Part shown: positions 22,132 through 33,316 of the stretch, piece after piece
How positions within the stretch are numbered: position 1 is the stretch's first letter
Layout: the number at the start of each line of letters is the position of its first letter
DNA from: Octopus bimaculoides
Taxonomy: Eukaryota
Direction: 5' to 3'
DNA length: 41,402 nt
Assembly: GCF_001194135.2 (NCBI RefSeq)
Contig: NC_068985.1
Coordinates: 41,226,144-41,267,545 of the forward strand
Made by a program: the position numbers and the translations under genes
The notes under the pieces: model-generated
Told to the model about the DNA's origin: nothing
Seen by the model: the letters and a program-made list of their open reading frames with translations, nothing else
The model's database searches: none

Positions 22132-22572
22132 CAAAGAAAGAAAGAAAGAAAGAAAGAAAGCAAGAAAGAAAGAAAGAAAGAAAGGAATAAATAAATAAAT
22201 AAATAAATAAATAAAGAATGAATGAAAGAAAGAAGGCAAGAAAGAAGTAAAGAAAGAAAGGAAGGAAGGAAGAAAGAAATAAATGGAAAGAAAGAAAGAA
22301 AGGAAGGAAAAATAGATAAATAAAGAATGAATGAAAGAAAGAAAGAAGGGAGGGAGGGAGGAAGGAAGGAATAGAAAGAAAGAAAGAAAGAAAGAAAGAA
22401 AGGAATAAAGAAAGAAAGAAAGAATGAATGAAAGAAAGAAGGCAAGAAAGAAGTAAAGAAACAAAGGAAGGAAGGAAGAAAGAAATAAATGGAAAGAAGG
22501 AAAGAAAGAAAGAAAGGAGAAATAGATAAATAAAGAATGAATGAAAGAAAAAAAGAAGGTAAGAAAGAAGTA

Positions 22573-22608
<36 letters not shown>

Positions 22609-22705
22609 AGGAAAGAAAGAAAGAAAGAAAGAAGAAAGAAAGGAGGAAAGAAAGCAAGAAAGAAAGAAAAGAGGAAAGAAAGAAAAAAGAAAGAGAGGAA
22701 AATGA
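22132..22705. repeat. Complex (GAAA)n/(GGAA)n/(TAAA)n polypurine tract with higher-order duplication
   Basis: The block GAATGAATGAAAGAAAGAAGGCAAGAAAGAAGTAAAGAAA..AGGAAGGAAGGAAGAAAGAAATAAATGGAAAG occurs at about 22216 and 22422. Confidence 0.95.
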
Positions 22706-23221
22706 AAGGAAACAATTCTGAAATGAATGTTATTCCCTATTTGAAAGAATTCAAAAGTTTTTTAACAATAATCACCACACGCTCGCATATTTAAATACTC
22801 TCCCTAATGGAGATGACCAGTGGAATAAATTCGAAGAATTTATGGAATGACATGCCAAAGATATATTGTATTTAGGGTTTTCTGTCCAAAGACAGCTGAC
22901 AAATAGTATCTGAAGAGAATCACTTTATAGTTTATATATCAAAATATGTTTAAAACATTAACCATAAGCGTGTTTCAATAGGAATGTAATTAAGAAAATA
23001 AAGAGCATTAAGAATGAAGTAAAATAAAAAGGCATAGATAAGCAAAAATGCCACAAATCTTATGAAAAACGTGGCAATAACTGCTTTTAAAAAAAGGAAA
23101 ATAGGAAACTGCAGTTGAGAATCATTTAAAATAATTGATAAAAGCGTTTGATTAAGATGTTTACAATCCCTTCTTATATACAATCTTCTACTTCTGATGA
23201 GTGATGTACATATCTGTTCCT

Positions 23222-23510
23222 GATGTGCCAGAAAAGCCGTTTGCCTCTCTGACATACTGGAACAGTTGTTTCCACCTACTGTCGTACTGGAACAGCTGTC
23301 TGTCTTTAACGTGACAGAGCAGACGTCTGCCTTTGACGTGACAGAGCAGACGTCTGCCTTTGACATACCAGAGCGTTCAGTTTGCAACATGAGAAAAGAC
23401 ATCATTTAGCGAACCTCATCAGGTGTGAAGTCCTGGTGTAACAGAGCAGATGACTTTCTGTGACGCGCCAAATCAGACGTCTGTCTGTGACATGTCTGAG
23501 AGGACGTTTA
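23222..23510 (+). repeat. Degenerate 27-bp tandem repeat (possibly decayed coding repeat)
   Basis: Units 23308-23334 and 23335-23361 are 26/27 identical (GACGTGACAGAGCAGACGTCTGCCTTT), with further diverged units on both sides. Confidence 0.8.
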
Positions 23511-24079
23511 GAATCATCGCCCCCGCCCCCGCTCCTGACGTGCTAATGGTTTACCTACTTCGGACGTGCCGGAGTAAGCAAAAGTATGTCAGATCTTATC
23601 ACAGATCCTGTGATGAAAGTGGTGGCTGAAATATCGTTATCCTGATCGAAAAACTAGAACTCTAGTTTATTTCATGCTTTGTCAATAGAATGTATAAAAC
23701 ATAAGAATCATACAGAAACATTCAACTTCTATAGATGACCTGTTTTTCTCAGAGTTTTCTTTAGTCCTACTCGGCCTATTAAATGCAGTTTGTATTTTTT
23801 ACGGGAAATGTTAAGTCTCACAACTCATTGTGTCGTCAAGACATCACTGAAGATCCTATGGTCTTGTTGTGTATACATCTAGGGCACGAAATTTTAGCAG
23901 GATCCATACCTCTGCATACTGTACCTATGGAAAGTATTGTAAGTACGCGATTTCAGTGCGTACTAGAGTGTAACTATTTGGGGTCAGGTTGTATTGTTAA
24001 TCACAGATTCGTTCGATCAGGATTGCTCAGAAATAAAGCAGCAACACAGAAATATGCAATCGATAGTAATGATGTAGAG

Positions 24080-24225
24080 GACATGTCAATGATGATACCA
24101 AATTCACTCAGAAGAACATGGTTGGTCTGGGACCATGGTAGGAGACGTTTGCTGAAGGAGCTACGTCGTACGATTGAAAAAAAGATCCCTTGGTTGCGAA
24201 GCAAGCTTCATAACCACATAACCAT
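24080..24225 (-). mobile_element. Old SINE family A head/core
   Basis: Reverse complement reads GGTTATGTGGTTATGAAGCTTGCTTCGCAACC...GCAAACGTCTCCTACCATGG...GAGTGAATTTGGTA. Confidence 0.6.
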
Positions 24226-24282
24226 ACTTGCACTTACAACGTAACCAGTGGTTGTAGTATCGATTTTAAGAGTATTGACCTT

Positions 24283-24410
24283 GTAGTTTGATCTCAGGTC
24301 AGCCCTGACTTAGCAGACCTATGATCAAAGATATTTCTGTCGTGATCACCATTTTCTTAAAGATGGTAGACTATGATTGGAAGGAAATATTGCTCATCTT
24401 TTTAGATCAT
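24283..24410 (-). mobile_element. Repeat family D copy
   Basis: CAGGTCAGCCCTGACTTAGCAGACCTATGATCAAAG. Confidence 0.6.
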
Positions 24411-25439
24411 ATGAGTGCGTAGAATCTCCCTGTTTAAGTGAGCTGTTGATGGCTGAGTCAGACTATATAAAAACTCCTTTTTTAATTTTCCAAAAAAAAA
24501 AAGAAGCCCATCAGATTCAATTGCAGTGAAGGGATGATGGACTTATTGCCCTCTTCTAGAACTCTCCTCTATTGTCTAATTGTTGCTGGCGCAGACCATC
24601 ACCAGTTTCCATAGATTTCAGTTTTTACTCTAATAATGTTAGAGTATTGTAGAAGAGAAATAAGACTTCTATGAACAGCTACAAAACACGAGAAATCTCT
24701 TGTTTTTTTCCCCTCAAGCATATATATTTACAGCACCGTCATAAAAGGAAAAATATATATATAAATAAATAACTGTAAAAACAACAATTCATATGTGAGG
24801 ACAAGAAGTTTATTTGTAGAGGGAAAAAAATGTATATCAGTAAGAACTGGGTGAACTTGTAAAATCGTACACAGGATCTTCATTGTTCCGTGCCAACCGG
24901 AAACGAGAGACTGCAGTCTCGCCACTGGAGGCACCATATCAATAAATGTGATATTCATAGAGAGCTTCTGCATAGCGGAAGACGGAAATACCATTGTATC
25001 TATCTGTTTATATATGTTTGGGTTTGCGTTGTATGTGTGTATTTGTGCTGTAAGTATGTGTTTATGTTATGAGTGTGTGTTTGTGTTGTGAATGTGTGTG
25101 TGTACTCGTATGACGTGTGAGTGTGCGTGCATTTCTCTGTGTGTGTGCACACGAGAGCGTGTCTGTGTATATTCATAAATACAAATATGTGTGTGTATAT
25201 GTAAGAACAACATATAAGTACACGTACATGTATGTATGTATGTATGTGTGTGTGTTTGTGTGTGTGTGTGTATGTATGTACGTAAGTATGAATACACACA
25301 TGCATATATGTTTACATATAGTTAGGCATATATATTTATATTTACATACACACATATGCGTATGTGCATATATATAAATGCATAAATATATAAATATGTG
25401 TGTATATGTATACATATATAAATATGTGTATGTGTCTGC

Positions 25440-25481
<42 letters not shown>

Positions 25482-26194
25482 NNNNNNNNNNNNNNNNNNN
25501 NNNNNNNNNNNNNNNNNNNNNNNNNNNNNNNNNNNNNNNNNNNNNNNNNNNNNNNNNNNNNNNNNNNNNNNNNNNNNNNNNNNNNNNNNNNNNNNNNNNN
25601 NNNNNNNNNNNNNNNNNNNNNNNNNNNNNNNNNNNNNNNNNNNNNNNNNNNNNNNNNNNNNNNNNNNNNNNNNNNNNNNNNNNNNNNNNNNNNNNNNNNN
25701 NNNNNNNNNNNNNNNNNNNNNNNNNNNNNNNNNNNNNNNNNNNNNNNNNNNNNNNNNNNNNNNNNNNNNNNNNNNNNNNNNNNNNNNNNNNNNNNNNNNN
25801 NNNNNNNNNNNNNNNNNNNNNNNNNNNNNNNNNNNNNNNNNNNNNNNNNNNNNNNNNNNNNNNNNNNNNNNNNNNNNNNNNNNNNNNNNNNNNNNNNNNN
25901 NNNNNNNNNNNNNNNNNNNNNNNNNNNNNNNNNNNNNNNNNNNNNNNNNNNNNNNNNNNNNNNNNNNNNNNNNNNNNNNNNNNNNNNNNNNNNNNNNNNN
26001 NNNNNNNNNNNNNNNNNNNNNNNNNNNNNNNNNNNNNNNNNNNNNNNNNNNNNNNNNNNNNNNNNNNNNNNNNNNNNNNNNNNNNNNNNNNNNNNNNNNN
26101 NNNNNNNNNNNNNNNNNNNNNNNNNNNNNNNNNNNNNNNNNNNNNNNNNNNNNNNNNNNNNNNNNNNNNNNNNNNNNNNNNNNNNNNNNNNNNN

Positions 26195-26236
<42 letters not shown>

Positions 26237-27793
26237 TGTGTGTGTGTGTGTGTGTGTATGTAGCGTTGAATACGAATAGCACCACCAGATCATGCTGGGA
26301 ACGTTACGTGAGACTAGCGTTCTCCCTGAGGTAGATTTGCCTCCTTCCTCGCTCAGCACAGCCAAAACTGGAGAGTTCTTAGATGAGTTCGAGAAACTAA
26401 GGAGAGTGAGGTGTGAAATCTTGAACCATTTTTACTATGGCAAAGAGTGAGAAAGAGACTGAAAGTACCGCAGTTGAAGAAAAATGTGTAAGGTGACATA
26501 AGTAGAGTGCTCAACACTCGGGGCGGCCCTCGAGTTTGTTGCCCACCTCCGGGACCGAAAGCTCATACAAGCTTGTATAGTAGACTCTAAAGCGTTGACC
26601 CCATGAAAACGTCGCACGAGGCGGATTTCCACCCTTAGCCCCACTCCCTCCATCGAACATCATTAGCTACTCTACTTGCTGAGACATGGCGCACTTAGAA
26701 CTCTATTAACTAGTCTGACCTTCTTTTCTAAGATGACAGGATATGATATGAATGAAATTTTGGCTTATATTTCTAGCAGATCGGGAGACGACGTAGGAGC
26801 ATGGATCGTATTTGTATGTACCTGCTTAATTTATGAATGCGTTTGTATGATGTGTGTACGTGTACATATTATACATGTATGTATAATATTTACACATACA
26901 CACATCATGCAAATGTATGCGCATGCATATATGCATAAGCTTTGATTTCAATACAACTGAATGGCGAAAACTTTTCTTTAGTAAATAACATAAGTTATAC
27001 AAGTTATACAATTAGATTAAATCAAATTCATTGTTGTTTGATCTAGGACTGAAGCAGGTGAAGGCATATATAAACAATCAAACAAAGTAAAACACGTTGA
27101 CGTAAAGCTTGCTTATAAATAAAGGGTGAAACTGTGAACATGAGAGAAACCACGTCTTATTCAAACTGCGATGTAATTCCCATTAAATAATACATATTTA
27201 GTGATTGTACAGCTATTTAAGTACAAAAGAATCTTTGTAATGGAAACTTATAAATTATACACCGTGCAAACGATAATAATATGGAAAATTTTCTTTTTAG
27301 AATAGAAAAATGCATTGAAAAAAATGAATGCTGTTATAATTTGAAGTTCACAGGGTTTGATAGTTTTAGTGAGTTAACAAGCAACAAAAATTTGGGCGAA
27401 TACGGAGAGCACAAAATATTTCGGTGCTTGCATTTATTATTAAATAAGAATCTTGGTTCCTTTCAGAACGTAAGACAAGTTAAAGTTATAATTTATTTTT
27501 AGTTTTTGTTACTCATCCAAATTCACAGATCTCACTGAGATCAAGCCACAGACACGCAGGGAGTCTATGCATCACAGATTAAGATCGTATGTTGTAAATC
27601 AAGACAAACATTAAAAAAAACCCATCCAAAATATCATATATCAAAACACTGAGCGTTGTTTCGCTATCGTAACATCCCTTACGTCAAATACGCCATGTTC
27701 GGTCACTTTGATTTTCTGATTCTACGTCAATTAAGTTCTCTTTTACTTAATTAGCAACATATGTAAGTTGTTGTCTTAATACAGTTAGTGGAA

Positions 27794-27985
27794 GGCGGCG
27801 AGCTGTCAAAAACTTTAGCGCGTCGGACAAAATGCTTCGAGGAATTACTTCCGGCTCTTTACGTTCTAAGATCAAATCCCACCGAGGTCGACTTTGTCTT
27901 TTATCTATTACTCAAGCACTGGGTTCGATGTAATCTACAAACCCTGTCCCACCAAAATTGTTCGTTTTATGTCAACATTTGAAAC
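27794..27985 (+). mobile_element. SINE family B with internal deletion
   Basis: GGCGGCGAGCTG...GATCAAATCCCACCGAGGTCGACTTTG...CACTGGGTTCGATGTAATC...TTTGAAAC. Confidence 0.8.
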
Positions 27986-28040
27986 AATAATAATAGTAAT
28001 AATAATAATAATAATAATTATTATTATTATTATTATAAAT

Positions 28041-28617
28041 GTTCTGATGCAGTGCCAGGCAGTGGTATGCCCTGATGCAGTACCAGGCAGTGGCTCTCAT
28101 GGCTTCTGATCTTAACTGATTGGAAGTATTATCATGTACATTGTTTTGTCTTGGTATAAAAGATGGGCTACAGCAAATATTCTGCTCAATTTACTTCTCA
28201 GATTTACTTGTCAGTTGCTTGACATTAACCAGTTGAGCATGTCCCTTAGTGGCTGACGATATGTGCATCTCTGATCACGAACAGAAGTAGTGAGGAGCAT
28301 CTATGTGTTGAGAGGAATTCTTTGGGGTTTGGATAATTCACCTCTGGAAACATAGGTGTTTTGTTCAACATCCTTAAACAACCCTTATTCAGGGACCTTT
28401 TGAGCGGGAGGGGCTACACGTCTTGAAGAAAATTCTAACTGGGCCCCACCTGCAAGGTCATGCGCTGTTTATTTTGAGATGAGATTATGTCGCGCACATA
28501 TGGTTGTGATGCATGTGCCTGGTGTACTCTTATCAGACGGGTAGTCATGATAGGTATGCTGGGCTTCGTATATTTTACCCCAGTGTCACTTTGATGACTT
28601 ACACTGCTCTCTTACTC

Positions 28618-28620
<3 letters not shown>
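28041..28620 (+). mobile_element. (TAA)n-flanked interspersed element, unclassified (likely retroposed 3' fragment)
   Basis: Complex 580-bp segment between TAA/TTA arrays, with a 22-bp direct repeat at its 5' end (28044, 28072); merges into (AAT)n. Confidence 0.45.
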
Positions 28621-28662
<42 letters not shown>

Positions 28663-28663
<1 letters not shown>

Positions 28664-28801
28664 TTGTGTCGATGCCCCCAAGCGAAGAAGTAGGATCGCC
28701 CAAGACATAAATAGAGGTAGTCTAGCCGTGATAGAGGGTTGAGTAGCAGTCGAGTTGAAATCATCCGAAGGCGCTAGATACCAGTAGCTTTAGACATAAC
28801 A
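28663..28801. other. 139-bp complex insert between two (TAA)n arrays
   Basis: Non-repetitive, GC-richer segment bounded by pure (TAA)n on both sides. Confidence 0.5.
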
Positions 28802-28874
<73 letters not shown>

Positions 28875-28879
28875 TTAAT

Positions 28880-30100
28880 GTTTATAGTGATCGGAGATCT
28901 GATACCACGCATAAACAAACTATAGGAGCACGATTCACATCAACACCGGACCATTTCTGTTTCCAACGCAAGAAATGTTAAACAATACATATTAAGATAA
29001 CGTATCATTCAGCTTTAGATTAAGAGAGGAATACGTTCTTGACATCGCCAGAAACAAGTAGACTGGTACTCAATGAAAATGTTGACAATCTAAATAAAGG
29101 ACAAGACTTGACTAACGAGTAATGTGATTAAACAGAAATGAACACGAGAGGAATATGTTTCTATCCTACATGCATATTTTACAGCCACATACCATCTCAG
29201 AATGAAACTTCATAATATAATCGCATAGAATATAGAGAAAGTAGTCCGGATCCAAGACTAACTTTGAACACCATCAGATCAAGCAACTTCAGAAGATACT
29301 ATCTCAGAACCAAAAGTACTAGAAATCGAAACAGAACACTTAAATGAAAGAATGCATAAAGAAAACGCAAGTAACTAATACAAAGTAAACAACAAAAGTA
29401 CAATCACCGAGAATACAAAATATAATAAACAATATAGCTTCAGAATAGTACTGCCACACACACACACACACAAAAAAAAAAGGAAAAAACAACAAAACAG
29501 AGCAACAAAAGCAAAAACTTAAATAAAGGCAATTAGATAAATTTAAGTATAGGAAATTCTAAAGGTGATACCACGAATATGACAATCTAGAGGCGGAAAA
29601 AAATTAAAGAATTAAAAACAAGACCGATAAAGTACTTCCCAATAAAGACCTATAAAATACTTCCCAAGGCTAAACCTCAACGATAAAATAGCAACAATGA
29701 AATCGTCAACCTGGCGATGACAAATACATTAAAAAAAATCGACTTTACCAGATTAAATAATACTTGCAACTGTTGGAACAGCTTCTAAGAAGAGTGGGTA
29801 CTTCTTTAGGTCTACTCGTATAGAAATATGAAAACCCAGGCAAACAACACACATATATATACACACACACAGAGTAGGGGAAAAGATCAAAACTAAGTGG
29901 GAAAATATCTGAATTCTAAACTAATCAATAATGAAGGGCAGCAATTGAATAAAAGAAGAGACAAATACAGAAGTAATTTAAATCGAAGAGAAAGGAACCC
30001 TCGCTAAATCACAGAGAATAAGTCGATATGAAAAGCGATAACGATTATTTGTACAAAACTTAGAAATTATCTCCAACCTCAAACGATGCTTTTTTTGGAA
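28880..30100 (+). pseudogene. Decayed R4/Dong-like ORF, N-terminal (pre-RT) region
   Basis: A-rich strand; fragments KYFPRLNLNDK / EIVNLAMTNTLKKIDFTRLNN (29655-29765) and LAKSQRISRYEKR*RLFVQN (30000-30059) resemble the R4-clade AKAQRIRRY..R....QN motif; many stops and frameshifts. Confidence 0.55.
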
Positions 30101-30270
30101 CTAGGAAAGCATGAAATATAAATCATTGCATTTCCAACAAAATGTGAAGTAGAACAACGAACAAACACCTGGAAAATCGTGAGTGTCTAGAACACTACAA
30201 TAATGCAGATGTTCCAAAGATAAATAAACAGCTTGAAGGTACAAGACATAATGAGATCCCCAACTTTTAG

Positions 30271-30390
30271 ATGCAGGCATATGTATGTGCTTAGGAAGTT
30301 TACACTGAGAAACCTGAGGCAAGTGTCTTCTTCGACTTATGCCTTGTGCGTGTATTTGATAAATGGAAACAGAGTAGAGGCCTGTCTCAT
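30271..30390 (+). mobile_element. Old SINE family A, 5' half (3' half at 31395-31590)
   Basis: GCAGGCAT...GGAAGTTT...GGCAAGTGTCTTC...GCCTTGTGCGTGTATTTG...GGAAACAG. Confidence 0.65.
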
Positions 30391-30484
30391 GTATGTATGT
30401 ATGTATGTATGTATGTATGTATGTATGTATGTATGTATGTATGTATGTATGTATGTATGTATGTGCGTGCGTGCGTATGTATGT

Positions 30485-31277
30485 CATTGTTCAGTTTTAT
30501 TTCAAGATTTCTTGCCAATAGAGAAAGCGCCGGTTTCTAACCAAGATTCAAGGCTCTTTTATTGGAATTTCATCATCAACAACAGGGTATTTTTACTTGT
30601 ATGTATGTGTATATGTATGTATTTTTGTATGTATGTATGTATGTATGTATGTATGTATGTATGTGCAAATTTGTATGTTTTATGTATGTATTCTCATATA
30701 TATAGTTGCATATCTAGATATGCTCATATATATTTAAATGATAAACTTCTGGAAAGTTTTACAGAATTTTAGTTCCAGTGATGGATTGGATCTGTAGTCT
30801 TCGAATTAGCTTTCTCCTTTCTGGTTTTGAGAAGCATAATTTCTCAAGTTTGGTATTTAGGCAGTGTGTTACACATCCCAGGGCCCCAATAATTACAGGT
30901 ATAAACCTGAACTTGTAATCTGGATAGAGTAACTGCAGATTTCTCAATAGTTCAACATAGGTGTTCCCTGTTTTACTGATCTTCAGCTTTATGTTAGCAT
31001 CCGCTGGGCAGTTAATTTCCATAACTGTGCACAGTTTCTCTTCTCTTTGCCAGATCATTATATCAAGTCTGCTGTGATTACATTTTATTGAGATCTTCAC
31101 TGGGACATTTCACCAGTACTCCTTTTTATTATGAGTGGCAATGGCTTCTACCATATGGTGGGTTTTTATTTCTTTGTACTCGGGGTTATCTTTCCGATGG
31201 ATTTCATTATAGAGTATCCTAGCTACAACAGCATGTCTCATCGGTAGATGGTACAGTGATGACATTTCCGGACAATG
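30485..31277 (-). mobile_element. 5'-truncated R4/Dong-like (RLE) non-LTR retrotransposon, copy 2
   Basis: Coding remnant plus 3' UTR aligned to copy 1; flanked on both sides by (TATG)n. Confidence 0.9.
30759..31277 (-). pseudogene. RLE endonuclease C-terminal remnant
   Basis: ORFs 31110-31334 and 30759-31100 share one frame split by a single TGA: CPEMSSLYHLPMRHAVVARILY...EYW*NVPVKISIKCNHSRLDIMIW...CTVMEINCPADAN...IPVIIGALG. This is a post-zinc-knuckle RH motif plus a PD..D-like segment (PD appears as LD). Confidence 0.85.
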
Positions 31278-31280
31278 CAC

Positions 31281-31311
<31 letters not shown>

Positions 31312-31351
31312 TGTATGCATGCATGTATGTTCATCTATGTATCTATCATCT

Positions 31352-31387
<36 letters not shown>

Positions 31388-31394
31388 CATTGTG

Positions 31395-31590
31395 TATGTA
31401 TCTCACTTGCGTGTGCACCGGTTGGTATCTGGTGTTGGCTTGTTTAGATCCTCGAAAGCTAGCGGTTCAACAAAATAGACTAATAGTATAAGTACCACAC
31501 TTAAAATGAACACTAGAATCGAACTAAGCCCTCAAGGCGATGTCTTCGCATGACCGTAGTTCAATGACAGCAGTGAATAAAAGAATAACT
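31395..31590 (+). mobile_element. Old SINE family A, 3' half
   Basis: CTAGCGGTTC...ATAGTATAAGTACC...TCAAGGCGATGTC..GCATGACCGTAGTTCAATGAC...TAAAAGAATA. Confidence 0.7.
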
Positions 31591-31830
31591 GTTGAATTCC
31601 GTATCACACTGATGAAATAGAGTTAAGATGGAAATACGGATGTGGAGACGAATTTTCTCAGTTCTTATGACTTTCCTGGTTCTATTTTATTTTAATGTAG
31701 CTTTATTATTATCATCACTATTTTTATTCGTTTCCTCTTGTCTTAATATAGCTTTTATACGAAGATGTCGCCAGCAAGACTATTGTGATTTATATCGCTT
31801 GAGGGCATCGTTTCCACACACACACACACG

Positions 31831-31885
<55 letters not shown>

Positions 31886-32609
31886 NNNNNNNNNNNNNNN
31901 NNNNNNNNNNNNNNNNNNNNNNNNNNNNNNNNNNNNNNNNNNNNNNNNNNNNNNNNNNNNNNNNNNNNNNNNNNNNNNNNNNNNNNNNNNNNNNNNNNNN
32001 NNNNNNNNNNNNNNNNNNNNNNNNNNNNNNNNNNNNNNNNNNNNNNNNNNNNNNNNNNNNNNNNNNNNNNNNNNNNNNNNNNNNNNNNNNNNNNNNNNNN
32101 NNNNNNNNNNNNNNNNNNNNNNNNNNNNNNNNNNNNNNNNNNNNNNNNNNNNNNNNNNNNNNNNNNNNNNNNNNNNNNNNNNNNNNNNNNNNNNNNNNNN
32201 NNNNNNNNNNNNNNNNNNNNNNNNNNNNNNNNNNNNNNNNNNNNNNNNNNNNNNNNNNNNNNNNNNNNNNNNNNNNNNNNNNNNNNNNNNNNNNNNNNNN
32301 NNNNNNNNNNNNNNNNNNNNNNNNNNNNNNNNNNNNNNNNNNNNNNNNNNNNNNNNNNNNNNNNNNNNNNNNNNNNNNNNNNNNNNNNNNNNNNNNNNNN
32401 NNNNNNNNNNNNNNNNNNNNNNNNNNNNNNNNNNNNNNNNNNNNNNNNNNNNNNNNNNNNNNNNNNNNNNNNNNNNNNNNNNNNNNNNNNNNNNNNNNNN
32501 NNNNNNNNNNNNNNNNNNNNNNNNNNNNNNNNNNNNNNNNNNNNNNNATGTAAGTAGGTATCTATCTATTTATATATATATATATATAGTTCAAATTTAT
32601 AGAAAAACG

Positions 32610-32745
32610 AAAACAGGTGTAGGAACAACAAGCAAGTGTATTAGTTTGACGCCCGAGAGAAATGGAAACGTCTTCTACGTTTCGAGCTTACGCTCTTCGA
32701 AAGAAAGGAGTAAAAGGAAATAAATAGAGAGAGAATGAAAAAAAA
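32610..32745 (-). mobile_element. Penelope-like terminal repeat fragment with degenerate hammerhead motif
   Basis: Minus strand 32708-32671 reads CTTTCGA-A-GAGC(GTAA)GCTC-GAAAC-GTA; helix II and GAAAC-GT-H are intact, and the core has two substitutions. Confidence 0.5.
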
Positions 32746-33276
32746 AACGTGTTGAGTTCAGTGGTCCAGCTACCGCCGCCGTCGCCACTACCGCCGTTTC
32801 ACAGTGCTCCGAACATTACTCTTACAAGATTCGCCTCGACTCTTAATACCAATACTATTACCATCAGCGTCATCATAAACAAAAAGGGATACTACCGCCA
32901 TCACCACCACCCCATCACCATTGTAGCAACTACAACAACAACAACAACAACCACTATCACCACAATCACTATTAGCAGCAAGTTCTGACTACCAGATAAC
33001 CTTGCATTGTCTATTGTGCATGATGCGGTGGAATCATACAAGAATAACATTACCACCACCATCTTCGCCGCCACCACTATCACCGGCCTCGGGAGCAGCA
33101 GCAGCAGCTGCAACAACAACAACCCTTAGCACGACAAATAACTGAAAGTCTGTCATAGCCCTTATAGGTTTCTACATCTGGATGTCTTTTTTATATCGTC
33201 TACGTAAGTATAGTTTGTATGTGTATGAATGCATGCATGCACGTACGCTTATGTATATAGAAATGCATATGCATAT

Positions 33277-33316
<40 letters not shown>

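Noticed and set aside
21761-22794. K/E/R-rich and F/L/S-rich ORFs
   Set aside because: Translations of the (GAAA)n tract.
22722-22850. Protein-like frame [12 protein letters not shown]...GDDQWNKFEEFME*
   Set aside because: Only 42 codons, with no splice sites or recognisable family.
18668-23200. Isolated CTGATGA motifs (about 18668 and 23193; also about 2028)
   Set aside because: No helix II or GAAA downstream; expected by chance.
22950-23405. Minus ORF of 151 aa (SKADVCSVT repeats)
   Set aside because: Antisense reading of the 27-bp repeat plus AT-rich filler.
23783-24244. ORF of 153 aa with normal-looking composition
   Set aside because: Its 3' third is the antisense of an old SINE A (24080-24225); no recognisable domain.
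24890-25072. LLHSGRRKYHC, resembling a C2H2 zinc-finger linker
   Set aside because: No correctly spaced Cys/His ligands; runs into a microsatellite.
32749-33129. Long + frame with one TGA (poly-T/H/S/N)
   Set aside because: Low complexity, internal stop, no splice support.
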